From an uncultured bacterium (GTDB taxonomy: Bacteria; CAIJMQ01), in NCBI GenBank assembly GCA_964573245.1, contig CAZNJA010000001.1, positions 1 to 54,762 on the forward strand: a stretch of DNA of 54,762 nucleotides, in the 5' to 3' direction. A program made the position numbers and the translations under genes. The notes under the pieces are model-generated. The model was not told the DNA's origin. It did not search any database and was given only the letters and a program-made list of their open reading frames with translations. The stretch's first letter is position 1; every line of letters starts with the position of its first letter. Shown piece by piece: positions 1 to 8,684 of the stretch.

Positions 1-87
1 AAGGAAAAGAGAAACATCTTTTTATTGAGGGGTTAACAGATGTTGGGAAAGAAGTAGAAAAACAACCTAAAACGGAGGGTATAAGGG

Positions 88-1497
88 ATGAGAAAGATAT
101 CCCTGTTCTTACTTATTAGTATTGCGTTGATTTTGTCTGGTCAAATTTTTGCGCAAGAACAGATAAATGGTGAGGTTGAAACATCTTCCGAAAGCATGCT
201 TACTTTAGATTTGAAAAACGTAAAATTGGAAGATGCATTAAGATTGATAACCCAGAAAACTGGGATGAAGTTTGTTATAAATTCAGATTTGTCTGATAAA
301 TTGGTTTCCATATATTTACCCGATGTTGGGGGCAAAGATGCTCTCGATGCTATCTTAAGTATGCATGGTTTGGATTATACTCGTAGAAAAGATACGGATA
401 TATATATTATAGAAGAGATGCCTGAGACTTTACCTTTGGAAATAGACGTAGCTACACTGAAGTATGCAAAAGCGGAAGATATTGGCGAGATTGTAAAAAA
501 TACTCTTTCTCCTCATGGGAAAGTAAGTATAGACACAAGAACCAACACCGTGATCATTAAAGATTTGCCAAGAAATGTATCAGAAGTAAGAGAATTGATA
601 ACTAAATTAGACCGTTCTTTGCCTCAGGTTCTAATTCGGGCAGATATAGTGGAGTTATCTACGCAGGCTAGTAAAGAATTAGGTGTTGAGTGGGGTGTTG
701 GCATTACTGCTTCAGGAGCAGTTCAGCAAACTGCTTTTCCTTTTTATACGGATAGACCAACAACATATCGAAAGTTGGAACAAATTTATAATGAAACCGG
801 CGGTTGGGCTGGAGGGACTGGGCAGTCTCCAACTTTTAATTTCGGGCAAATATCGTTCGCAGAATTAAGCGCTTCCATAAAAGCACTTGAGACAAAAGGA
901 TTGGCAAAAGTTTTGGCTCAACCAAGAATTGCCGTCCAGAATGACCATTCTGCCAGTATTAATATCATTAATAATATAGCGATAGCTATGAAAACTGTTT
1001 ATAACGATTCTGGCTATGTGGTAAGTAGAGAACCGATATATGCTGATATCGGAGTGGAGTTAGTTGCTACTCCGCATATTACAGATGATGGAGATGTTAT
1101 ATTGGAGGTGGAGCCTTCCGTAACTTCTGCAAACGCTTCGCCCTATTTTGAGGATGAGGCTGTGGACAGGACAAGACGTTCCGCCAAAACAATAATAACT
1201 GTTAAAGATGAAGGAACTATTGTCATCGGAGGATTGCTGCGCAGTGAAACCACAACAACAGTTACGAAAGTGCCTTTTTTGGGTGATATACCTTTACTTG
1301 GACTTTTGTTCAGGTCAACTGACGAGGCAGAGACAAGGACTGATTTGGTGGTATTTATATCACCCATAATACTTACGGAAGAAAAGGCGCAAAGAGTTTT
1401 GCAGGAAGACAGAGCGACAATGAAAGATGCAGAAGAAATAATGTCATTGCCTACATCCGAAAGAGAAGACAATAGAGGATATCTAAAGTATAAGTAA
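88..1497 (+). CDS. Secretin (PilQ/GspD-family outer-membrane channel)
   Basis: 469-aa ORF with a signal peptide (MRKISLFLLISIALILSGQIFA), secretin N-domain-like repeats and the C-terminal secretin signature VPFLGDIPLLGLLFRS. GGAGGG lies upstream of the ATG. Confidence 0.8.
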   Translation: MRKISLFLLISIALILSGQIFAQEQINGEVETSSESMLTLDLKNVKLEDALRLITQKTGMKFVINSDLSDKLVSIYLPDVGGKDALDAILSMHGLDYTRRKDTDIYIIEEMPETLPLEIDVATLKYAKAEDIGEIVKNTLSPHGKVSIDTRTNTVIIKDLPRNVSEVRELITKLDRSLPQVLIRADIVELSTQASKELGVEWGVGITASGAVQQTAFPFYTDRPTTYRKLEQIYNETGGWAGGTGQSPTFNFGQISFAELSASIKALETKGLAKVLAQPRIAVQNDHSASINIINNIAIAMKTVYNDSGYVVSREPIYADIGVELVATPHITDDGDVILEVEPSVTSANASPYFEDEAVDRTRRSAKTIITVKDEGTIVIGGLLRSETTTTVTKVPFLGDIPLLGLLFRSTDEAETRTDLVVFISPIILTEEKAQRVLQEDRATMKDAEEIMSLPTSEREDNRGYLKYK

Positions 1498-1596
1498 ATA
1501 GTCTTCTCAAGAAGTAACGGAACAATGTTGCTCAAATACCTAATTAGGTAAGGAACTAAAATAAAATTTTATATTCATACTATTCTTAGTTAGACT

Positions 1597-1637
1597 GAAA
1601 ACTCTATTCCCTATTTTTACAAGGGAATAGAGTTTTC
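1597..1637. terminator. Bidirectional hairpin between convergent genes
   Basis: Perfect 16-bp stem GAAAACTCTATTCCCT / AGGGAATAGAGTTTTC with a 9-nt loop. It lies between the secretin stop (1497) and the stop of the minus-strand gene (1667), with a T-run on one side. Confidence 0.6.
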
Positions 1638-1666
1638 GTGATATAACAATTCTTCAATGGCATTGA

Positions 1667-2140
1667 TTACCATCCGAGACGTTTTTCTTCTCCCAGAAGT
1701 TTCTTGAGACGGTTTTCTATAATTTCATCTTTGTAAGATTTCCGTTTCTGAAGCGATTCTTCAAGTTCGGCAACTTTATCTTTAAGCTTTTCGACAGCTT
1801 TTTCCCCTGTTTCCAGTTTTAAATCGAATGCTTTGTCAAGGATACCCTCCATTTTACTCTTTATTTTTTCTTTGTTTCTTTGGGAAGTTTCCTCCTTATA
1901 CTCTTTGGCTAATTCCATGGCTTCTTGATTCAGCTCTTGCATCTGTTTCATCATTTTCTGCATTTCGGGGTCCATGTCTTTTTTTGGGGACATTCCTTTA
2001 TGCTGTCCTCCCCCCAAATATTCTCCGCCCAGCATTCCTTTAGACCCTGCTTCTGCAAAGCGTCTTTCCATCGGCTGTGCATACAGTGTAAAGCTTAATG
2101 CCAAAAGAAGAACCAGTGTGGTAACTATTAACTTTCTCAT
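1667..2140 (-). CDS. Secreted helical, charged periplasmic protein (Spy/CpxP-like stress protein candidate)
   Basis: 157-aa ORF with a signal peptide (MRKLIVTTLVLLLALSFTLYA) and a K/E/M-rich helical body. It is the last gene of an ECF sigma/anti-sigma operon. The function is inferred from context only. Confidence 0.4.
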   Translation of the reverse strand: MRKLIVTTLVLLLALSFTLYAQPMERRFAEAGSKGMLGGEYLGGGQHKGMSPKKDMDPEMQKMMKQMQELNQEAMELAKEYKEETSQRNKEKIKSKMEGILDKAFDLKLETGEKAVEKLKDKVAELEESLQKRKSYKDEIIENRLKKLLGEEKRLGW

Positions 2141-2156
2141 TTTTCTTCACCTCCTC

Positions 2157-2681
2157 TCATATTGATAAAAAAGCTGTTATTTCTTCTATATCTTCGTATA
2201 TACTGTTAATTTCTACATCTATACTATACCCTTCTGCTGATTGAATTGTTTCTCCTGCAATAATTTTATGTATATCTGCTATTGATTCCTCTAACTGTTC
2301 TGTTTTATATGTAAAATAATTATTTTGCCAATTTAGCTTCATATCCGAAGTTTTAATGTTCAGTAATAAAAAGAAAAGCAAAAGTGCTGTTGCGGCAAAA
2401 CTTGAGCCGAACGCGAATGCGCGTTTTCTCTGGAGAAATATTCTTTCTTTTTGAAGTCCGGCGGATTTGAGTATTCTATTAAGTAAAATACGTTTTTGTA
2501 TAAAGTTTAATCCGATTTTTTCTTCCTTTTCGACTAATTTGAGCGTCTTTTTCAGACAATTGAATTCTCTCTTGCAGTTTGTACAGTTTTTTATGTGTGT
2601 TTTTATCTCGGACATTTTTGTTTTGTCCAAATCATTGTGATAATAAAAAGGGAGATATTCTTTAACCGTTTCGCATTTCAT
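2157..2681 (-). CDS. Zinc-finger (ZAS-type) anti-sigma factor, membrane anchored
   Basis: N-terminal HxxxCxxC motif (THIKNCTNCKREF) and one TM segment (FAFGSSFAATALLLFFLLL). Its start overlaps the stop of the upstream ECF sigma gene by 4 nt. Confidence 0.6.
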   Translation of the reverse strand: MKCETVKEYLPFYYHNDLDKTKMSEIKTHIKNCTNCKREFNCLKKTLKLVEKEEKIGLNFIQKRILLNRILKSAGLQKERIFLQRKRAFAFGSSFAATALLLFFLLLNIKTSDMKLNWQNNYFTYKTEQLEESIADIHKIIAGETIQSAEGYSIDVEINSIYEDIEEITAFLSI

Positions 2682-3235
2682 GTTTGCTGCTCCTTTACGT
2701 ATTCGCGAAGGGATTCTCTTAAACCCCCTATCGCTCTGTAAAAATGAGTTTTTGCGGTGCTAGGTGAAATTCCCATAATTTGCGATATCTCTTCAAACTT
2801 AAGACCGTTGAAATGTTTAAGAGTAAAAACTGCTCGTTGTTGCGCGCCCAGTTTTTCGATAGCGTCATGAACTTTTAGGGACAATTCCTTATTTTCGATA
2901 GTTTTTGAAGGTTCGTCTTTCCCATTTATAAAATCTTCGTTCAATTCTGTTATTTTTGTCTTGCGCGCTCTTAAAATGTCTATTGCGCAATTTACCGTAA
3001 TCCTATACAACCATGTTTGCAAAGAGGATTTCCCCTCGAATTTAGGTAGAGAGCTGAAAAAATGCAAGAAAGATTCCTGACATATATCTTCCGCGTCATG
3101 AACATTGCGGATTATGCTAAACGCTGTCTGAAACATGTTGGGATATGTAATCTCTACAAATCTTACCATCGCTTTTTTATCTCCCTGTATGATTTTTTCT
3201 TGTAGTCTTTTGAAAGTGTCCAATTTAGTTTTCAT
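2678..3235 (-). CDS. ECF-family RNA polymerase sigma factor (sigma-70 regions 2 and 4)
   Basis: 185-aa ORF with region-2-like DAEDICQESFLHFF..WLYRITVNCAIDILR and a region-4 HTH (FEEISQIMGISPSTAKTHFYRA). Confidence 0.85.
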   Translation of the reverse strand: MKTKLDTFKRLQEKIIQGDKKAMVRFVEITYPNMFQTAFSIIRNVHDAEDICQESFLHFFSSLPKFEGKSSLQTWLYRITVNCAIDILRARKTKITELNEDFINGKDEPSKTIENKELSLKVHDAIEKLGAQQRAVFTLKHFNGLKFEEISQIMGISPSTAKTHFYRAIGGLRESLREYVKEQQT

Positions 3236-3240
3236 TCTTT

Positions 3241-3267
3241 AGACGTGAATGGTGGTAAAAAGTTGAC
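3241..3267 (-). promoter_or_regulatory. Putative ECF-type promoter (GTCAAC-N16-CGTCT) of the sigma operon
   Basis: The minus-sense sequence reads tGTCAACtttttaccaccattcaCGTCTAAAGA-ATG. An AAC/CGT pair with a 16-nt spacer is typical of many ECF promoters. The -35 overlaps the plus-strand TTGACA (3263-3268) upstream of rpsT. Confidence 0.3.
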
Positions 3268-3323
3268 ACAAGAGTGCTAGTATAGTAACATACCGTCCTA
3301 AATATTAGGACAAATATAACAAA

Positions 3324-3593
3324 ATGGCTACTAAATCTTCTTTAAAAAGAGCAAGACAAGCAAAAGAAAGAAATCTTAGGAACAGGAGAGTCAGGAAATC
3401 CTTTAAAACGGCGATCAAAAAACTTGAAATTGCGATTGAGGAAGAGAAGGATAAGCAAGAGTTAATCTCTCTTTTTAATAAGGCTGTCTCTCTGATAGAC
3501 AAAGCTGTTACAAAAGGAGTTCTTCACAAAAATACTGCTGGAAGGAAAAAATCCCTAATCAGCAAAAAGCTCAAAAATCCTGTATCTAAATAG
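3324..3593 (+). CDS. rpsT: 30S ribosomal protein S20
   Basis: 89-aa basic ORF starting MATKSSLKRARQAKERNLRNRRVRKSFKTAIKK, a typical S20 N-terminus. Confidence 0.9.
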   Translation: MATKSSLKRARQAKERNLRNRRVRKSFKTAIKKLEIAIEEEKDKQELISLFNKAVSLIDKAVTKGVLHKNTAGRKKSLISKKLKNPVSK

Positions 3594-3612
3594 GTTCCCT
3601 GAGGTCAAGGGC

Positions 3613-4584
3613 TTATTTTATAATTTTAAGTAGCAGTAACTCCATAGTTAAGCTTGGCTCTGCCCCCCTTTTTATTTGCGTATCCGCATCAAGCAAGAGA
3701 TTGAAGTCCGCTTGTAAATCTTTCCAACTAAAGGTTTTTGTATGCTTTAGGAATTCGTTTCTTTTGAAATACGGGATTTTTGCTTGTTCTAATGCCTTAT
3801 AATTATTGCTCCCCTTTGAAATCATAGATTTTACTTCCCATAGTTTTGTAAATTGCCACCTCAACATTCCGATAATTTGCTGCGCGGATGTTCCGGCGAA
3901 TAATAGTTCTCGGAAAATGCCTAGACTGCAGCGCGCATTTTTTTTGCTTATATTATCTATTAATTCAAAGATGTCATGTGTTTTAACGTTAGTGCCTACT
4001 TTTTTAATATCTTCAATCTCTATGGTTTTCTTGTTGTTTAGGTAGACGATTAATTTGTCTAATTCTCTTGCAAAAAGCGAAAAGTTTGCTCCGGAGTTTT
4101 CTAAAAGCAATGAGAATGCGTCCGCATCTATGAATTTGCCCTCTTCCTTTAATTTTTTTAAAGCCCATGCTTTGATTTGTAGCCGGGTTGGTTTTGAAAA
4201 AGAGATTGTCTTTGCACTCTTTGATATGAGCTGTCTTAACGATGCAGAGATTTTTGAGTCAGATAGAATCAAACAGTTGGTTGACGGGATTTTGTCTGTA
4301 TTCTTACTTAAATGTGTTATGATTTCCAAAGGTAAATCCGAAGCATTTCTTATCGCTATTATTTTTAACTGCGATAAGAAAGGAAGAGAAAAAATAGAAG
4401 AAAATAATTCTTTAGATTCTATTTCTTCGCCGTAGCGAACGCTCCAGTTAAAATCCGGATAAGTTATTTTTTTCTTTAAACTTTGTAAAACTTCGTTTTT
4501 AAAAGCTTCCTCTTCCCCTTCCCAAAAATATATTTTAGAGAAGTTTTTATTTTCAAATTCCTTTAAAATGTTGTCTGTTTTCAT
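3613..4584 (-). CDS. holA: DNA polymerase III delta subunit
   Basis: 323-aa ORF with typical size and N-terminal pattern (IYFWEGEEEAF...LPFLSQLKIIAIRNA). It lies directly downstream of an LptE-like lipoprotein gene, the canonical lptE-holA order. Confidence 0.65.
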   Translation of the reverse strand: MKTDNILKEFENKNFSKIYFWEGEEEAFKNEVLQSLKKKITYPDFNWSVRYGEEIESKELFSSIFSLPFLSQLKIIAIRNASDLPLEIITHLSKNTDKIPSTNCLILSDSKISASLRQLISKSAKTISFSKPTRLQIKAWALKKLKEEGKFIDADAFSLLLENSGANFSLFARELDKLIVYLNNKKTIEIEDIKKVGTNVKTHDIFELIDNISKKNARCSLGIFRELLFAGTSAQQIIGMLRWQFTKLWEVKSMISKGSNNYKALEQAKIPYFKRNEFLKHTKTFSWKDLQADFNLLLDADTQIKRGAEPSLTMELLLLKIIK

Positions 4585-4601
4585 CCTTTAGCAAGCTTGC
4601 G

Positions 4602-4625
4602 CCGTTGGAGAGTTTTCTCTAACGG
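4602..4625 (-). repeat. CCGTTAGAG-type hairpin in the lptE-holA intercistronic gap
   Basis: The plus strand reads CCGTTGGAGAG-tttt-CTCTAACGG. The minus sense is followed by CGCAAGCTTGCTAAAGG-ATG (holA). It is related to the element at 9735-9856. Confidence 0.6.
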
Positions 4626-4629
4626 AGGT

Positions 4630-5151
4630 TTACCACGGCTCTGTAATTTGTTCTATTACACTTCGTGCTATTTTTTCCGCTACCCACTGAGTTATTTCGT
4701 TTTCTGTTTTTGCCAGACTGCCGGCGAGAAAATAGTTGACCGATTCGCTTTCCTCGAAAGTTCCTTCCCAAAGGATTTCTTTTTTTGGAGCGGATAAAAA
4801 TTTTATATTGACTTCTATAGTTAAACTTCCGCCGATGATATTGTCTTCTTCGTCGTAAATCGTCGCGGTCCTTTTAAAATCTTTTACTTCGCCAGTTATA
4901 ACGGCTTGAGCATTTTCTTCACCAGCAAGTTTAAAAGTGCCGTCAAGGATAATTTCTCTTATCAAGGCATCAGTTACAGTAGATGAAACGTTGGGATAAT
5001 ATGTAGAGTTTTTGAATGTTGGGACATAAACGGTTTTTATGTGTTCTCTTGTCGGGATAAAAGGCTTATATCCGCATCCTATCGAAAATAATAAGAAGAT
5101 GGCAAAAAAAATGGGAAGGATGCGGCGAACTGTTATGGTTTTAACTTTCAT
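4630..5151 (-). CDS. LptE-like outer-membrane lipoprotein
   Basis: The start is moved to MKVKTITV (ATG at 5151), adjacent to the upstream stop at 5154. Lipobox LFSIGC-GYKP. Position upstream of holA supports the call. Confidence 0.5.
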   Translation of the reverse strand: MKVKTITVRRILPIFFAIFLLFSIGCGYKPFIPTREHIKTVYVPTFKNSTYYPNVSSTVTDALIREIILDGTFKLAGEENAQAVITGEVKDFKRTATIYDEEDNIIGGSLTIEVNIKFLSAPKKEILWEGTFEESESVNYFLAGSLAKTENEITQWVAEKIARSVIEQITEPW

Positions 5152-5153
5152 TG

Positions 5154-6134
5154 TTACTCCAGGTTCTTCAAGTGGGATTTGGCCTGTTCTGCCCATATCG
5201 AATCGGGGAAGTTTTCTATGATTTGCAGGTAATAGATTTTTGCCGAGTTGGGTTCCTTGTTTTTTTCGTAGAATCTTGCAATCTCATAGATTCTTTCGCT
5301 TTTGCGGTCATTTAGTTTTTTTAACTGTTTCTTCGCGTCTTCGGAAAATTCGCTTTGAGGATATTTATTTATGAATTCTTCGAAATTTTTTATTGCATTC
5401 TCAAAAAATTGTTCGCTGTTCGGAAATTTCATGGATTCGTTTAGCCAACACATGGATTTTAAATATTCGCTCTCTTCAATCAATGCGGAATTAGAATATT
5501 GAGAAGAAAATTTCTCGAATTCAATGCGGGCTATTTCGTATTTCTCAAGCCTCATATAACAATTCGCTATTCTAAATTGCATTTGGTCGGCTTTTTCGTA
5601 GTAAGGATAATTTTTAATCGCCATTTGGTAAATATTGGCGGCTTTTTCCCAGTTGCTAATCGTAAAAAGTCCCTTGGCTTTTTCTTTTATGGATATATCT
5701 CCGGACTGCTTGTCATAAAAGTAATCAGCTATTTTTTTCTGCCTTTCAACGATTTCTTTTAATCTATTTGTGGAAGGGAACTTGTCTATCGTCTGTTGGT
5801 AACTTTGACAAGCTTCATACGGAAGCCCTAGCTTTTCTTGACAATCTCCCAGCATGAATTGCGCTTCGGGAGCTTCTTCGCTTGTAGGAAAGTATTCCAA
5901 CAATTTTTGGAATTCTCTTAAAGCGCTTTCATAATCTCCCGCATTATAAGTATTTGTTGCTATCGTCCATTGTTCCGAAGAAGTTTCTCCCACATAATAT
6001 TTGGGGTTTATCCATTTATCGGTTTCGGGTGTCCACTCCCAATAGGCGGAAATTTTGCTGACCAACAACAGATAATAAACAGCAAGTAATGACGTTATAA
6101 TAATTATTTTTTTTATATTTTTGCTTTTTTTCAT
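5154..6134 (-). CDS. TPR protein, BamD/YbgF-like envelope assembly factor
   Basis: 326-aa ORF with an N-terminal hydrophobic anchor and repeated xF..l...YP.S..a..A motifs (EYFPTSEEAPEAQF, KYPQSEFSEDAKK, NFPDSIWAEQAK), as in BamD. Confidence 0.5.
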   Translation of the reverse strand: MKKSKNIKKIIIITSLLAVYYLLLVSKISAYWEWTPETDKWINPKYYVGETSSEQWTIATNTYNAGDYESALREFQKLLEYFPTSEEAPEAQFMLGDCQEKLGLPYEACQSYQQTIDKFPSTNRLKEIVERQKKIADYFYDKQSGDISIKEKAKGLFTISNWEKAANIYQMAIKNYPYYEKADQMQFRIANCYMRLEKYEIARIEFEKFSSQYSNSALIEESEYLKSMCWLNESMKFPNSEQFFENAIKNFEEFINKYPQSEFSEDAKKQLKKLNDRKSERIYEIARFYEKNKEPNSAKIYYLQIIENFPDSIWAEQAKSHLKNLE

Positions 6135-6769
6135 GGAAGATAATTCCGCGGGTTTTGCGGAACATTCTCCTTTCTTATCTCAAAATGCAATGATGGGTTT
6201 TTGCAATACCCTGAACTGCCGGAAAAGGCTATCAATTCACCCTTTTTTACAGTGCTGTTTTCCTTAACCAATAGTTGGGAATTGTGCGCATAAACGGTAA
6301 AGAATCCATCTTGGTGGTCTATAATTATAACTTTCCCATAACCTCTCAAAACATCGGCATAAGTAACTGTGCCTTCTCTGGATGCCCTTATTTGACTGCC
6401 TATTGGCAGAGAAATGCCTATCCCTTTTGAAATGCCTCCGCTTTCGAAGTCAAAATCCGACACTATTCTACCATTAGCAGGCCATATAAACCCTTCTTTA
6501 CCTATTTCAGCATGAAAATATTTATTTGTAGCTTCAGGGATAAAAATTATGCTTCCCGTTTTTAGGCTTTCCACGTTTTTAATATTGTTGTATGATTTTA
6601 TCTGTTCCATGTCTGCATAGTAGTTTCTGGCAATTTGCCATAAAGTTTCTCCCCGCTTTACTCTATGATAAACTCCATTTGGGTATAACGATGTTTTGTC
6701 TGCTTTATAGGCGGTTCTTGCGCAACCGGCAAGAAATATAACAAATAAAACGCACAACGTTTTTTTCAT
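6131..6769 (-). CDS. LysM + M23 peptidase lipoprotein (NlpD-like)
   Basis: The start is moved to MKKTLCVLFVIFLAGC (lipobox), because the longer ORF runs into a tRNA. LysM segment (YHRVKRGETLWQIARNYY) and M23 C-terminus (GELIAFSGSSGYCKNPSLHFEIR). Confidence 0.85.
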   Translation of the reverse strand: MKKTLCVLFVIFLAGCARTAYKADKTSLYPNGVYHRVKRGETLWQIARNYYADMEQIKSYNNIKNVESLKTGSIIFIPEATNKYFHAEIGKEGFIWPANGRIVSDFDFESGGISKGIGISLPIGSQIRASREGTVTYADVLRGYGKVIIIDHQDGFFTVYAHNSQLLVKENSTVKKGELIAFSGSSGYCKNPSLHFEIRKENVPQNPRNYLP

Positions 6770-6772
6770 CTT

Positions 6773-6847
6773 TGGAGCGGGCGAGGGGATTCGAACCCCC
6801 AACATCAAGCTTGGGAAGCTTGCGCTCTACCATTGAACTACACCCGC
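6773..6847 (-). tRNA. tRNA-Gly (anticodon CCC), CCA encoded
   Basis: The reverse complement GCGGGTGTAGTTCAATGGTAGAGCGCAAGCTTCCCAAGCTTGATGTTGGGGGTTCGAATCCCCTCGCCCGCTCCA folds as a cloverleaf with a 7-bp acceptor stem, anticodon loop TTCCCAA and T-loop GGTTCGAATCC. Confidence 0.9.
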
Positions 6848-6916
6848 GCTAATTTTATATTTTTTTGGGGAGAGCACATTAATTTGTTTTGCAGGCAAGA
6901 AATTTTAAACTTTTTC

Positions 6917-7825
6917 TTAAAATTTAATTAATTTTTTAAGTTCGCGCAGTCTTTTGTATATATCCTTTTTTTTCAGTTTTTTGAACCTGTCTGCACCGAA
7001 TTCTTCGACAGTCAAAGACGCCATAATTGTACCATAGGCCATAGCCTTCTTCAAACTATTGTCGTCTACCTTGCCTGTTTTGGCCAGAAACCCAATAAGC
7101 CCCCCCGCAAAACTATCTCCTGCTCCTGTGGGGTCTTTCACCTCTTCCAATGGATAGGCGGGCAGATGCAGTGTAAAGGAATGTGTAAACAAAAAAGAAC
7201 CATGTTCGCCTTTCTTGATTACTACTCCTTTTTTGACCCCTTTTGACAGAATTTTTTTGCCTGCTTTTATGAGATTGGTTTCTTTTGAAAAATGCATTGC
7301 TTCGAAATCGTTAAAGAGAGCGATATCTACTCTTGGAAGAATTTTCAATATCTGGTCAGTGTACTTATCTATCCAAAACGTCATTGTGTCCCATATAACG
7401 AATTCGGCGGATTCGAGTTGGTCCAGAAGCATTATTTGCGAGGCGGGAGAATTATTTGCAAGAAACACATATTTGGTTTTTTTATGTTCGGGCAAAAGTG
7501 AAGGTGAGTAGTCTTTAAGCACATTCTCGTATGTTGCTAAAACTTCTCTTTCGTTAGGGTTGTTGCCGTATCTTGCTTCCCATGCAAAGGTTTTTCCCTT
7601 TTTGCGTTCTAAGTTTTTTATATTTATTTTGTTTTTCTTTAACAGTTGCATATGTTCATCAAGAAAGTCTTCTCCCACTGCAGAAACTATTATAGGAGTC
7701 GTGAAATAACTCGCGGATATAGCGGCATGCGTTGCCGAACCACCGAGGATATTTTTTCTTTTGCCGAAAGGCGTTTGGACGCTGTCAAATGCCAGAGAGC
7801 CGAAAATTAATATCTCGTTATTCAT
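6917..7825 (-). CDS. PfkB-family sugar/nucleoside kinase
   Basis: 302-aa ORF with the pfkB signature DPTGAGDSFAGG near the C-terminus and an N-terminal GGSATHAA motif. Confidence 0.75.
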   Translation of the reverse strand: MNNEILIFGSLAFDSVQTPFGKRKNILGGSATHAAISASYFTTPIIVSAVGEDFLDEHMQLLKKNKINIKNLERKKGKTFAWEARYGNNPNEREVLATYENVLKDYSPSLLPEHKKTKYVFLANNSPASQIMLLDQLESAEFVIWDTMTFWIDKYTDQILKILPRVDIALFNDFEAMHFSKETNLIKAGKKILSKGVKKGVVIKKGEHGSFLFTHSFTLHLPAYPLEEVKDPTGAGDSFAGGLIGFLAKTGKVDDNSLKKAMAYGTIMASLTVEEFGADRFKKLKKKDIYKRLRELKKLIKF

Positions 7826-8517
7826 TAGTTTGTATCAAAGTTTATAATAATTGATCCCTTGGATTCTTCGTTTTTGTCGGATGGCACGAATTTCCACCTT
7901 CTTAAATAGTTTGTTGCCAAAATGTCCAATCTCGTTTCTCCTGAAGATTTTTCTACTTGTGCCTCTTTTACTTCGCCGTTTGCCGAAACAGTGAACTGAA
8001 TTGTTACCTTTGAAATTATTTTTGCTTCTTTAGCCCATTCGGGTAGCGGCGGATAATAACTTTGCACAACTTCTCTTTTCCCCGTTTCCCAGTTAATAAT
8101 TTCTTCTTTCTGTTTTATGGATTCTTCGGGAAGAACCCAATCAGGCAAAGGCTTTCTGTATATCGTCGGTTCAAGATCTTCCTTAAAAACAATTTCCATT
8201 TTATATTCGTTTAATTCTTTTGTTCTTTGAGATAATATTTCATCTTCGGTTTGCGGCAGGTTTTTGGAAGGCAAAGGCGGGCGAAGAATATCTGTTTTGG
8301 GTAAACTCGGAGGCGGCAGAACGGAACTTGTAATGCCAACTTCGTGCATCGCTGTGTATTTTGCTATGGGGCTTTTGCCTGCATAATATACCGAGACACT
8401 CTGTTTGTCGGAGCATACTTGCTTCTCCTCTAATGATAAATCAAAAAACAACCCCCAAAAAAGATGCCAACCGACAGAAAGAATTAAAGCCAATCCAAAT
8501 GGTTTGTTTAAACTCAT
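7825..8517 (-). CDS. TonB-like energy-transducer protein
   Basis: The start is moved to MSLNKPF, because the longer ORF overlaps tRNA-Glu. It has a TM anchor, a Pro-rich linker (LPPPSLPKTDILRPPLPSKNLPQ) and a TonB C-terminal-like domain (VTIQFTVSANGEVKEAQVEKSSGETRLD). Confidence 0.65.
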   Translation of the reverse strand: MSLNKPFGLALILSVGWHLFWGLFFDLSLEEKQVCSDKQSVSVYYAGKSPIAKYTAMHEVGITSSVLPPPSLPKTDILRPPLPSKNLPQTEDEILSQRTKELNEYKMEIVFKEDLEPTIYRKPLPDWVLPEESIKQKEEIINWETGKREVVQSYYPPLPEWAKEAKIISKVTIQFTVSANGEVKEAQVEKSSGETRLDILATNYLRRWKFVPSDKNEESKGSIIINFDTN

Positions 8518-8526
8518 GCTTTTTAG

Positions 8527-8599
8527 TGGCGCTACGGGGAGTCGAACCCCGGTCTGATGGCTGAGAACCATCTGTCCTAGGCCGCTAGACGATAGCGCC
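8527..8599 (-). tRNA. tRNA-Glu (anticodon CTC), no encoded CCA
   Basis: The reverse complement GGCGCTATCGTCTAGCGGCCTAGGACAGATGGTTCTCAGCCATCAGACCGGGGTTCGACTCCCCGTAGCGCCA has a Glu-type D-arm (GTCTAGCGGCCTAGGAC) and anticodon loop TTCTCAG. Confidence 0.9.
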
Positions 8600-8684
8600 A
8601 ATTAATTAAACGCATTTACGACGGACGACACCGTCCCGACATAAAGTCAGAACTGAGACGAGGGACATTTTTATTTATCGTCCT

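Noticed and set aside
1-36. A possible 3' end of an upstream plus-strand gene (frame 1 reads KEKRNIFLLRG*).
   Set aside because: Eleven codons at a window edge cannot be supported as coding. There is no motif content.
6770-8601. Long N-terminal extensions of the ORFs 6131..6808 and 7825..8601 in the six-frame track.
   Set aside because: The extensions (MMLGVRIPSPAPK, MALSSSGLGQMVLSHQTGVRLPVAPLKS) are read-through of the antisense of tRNA-Gly and tRNA-Glu. Internal Met starts give proper lipobox or TM N-termini.
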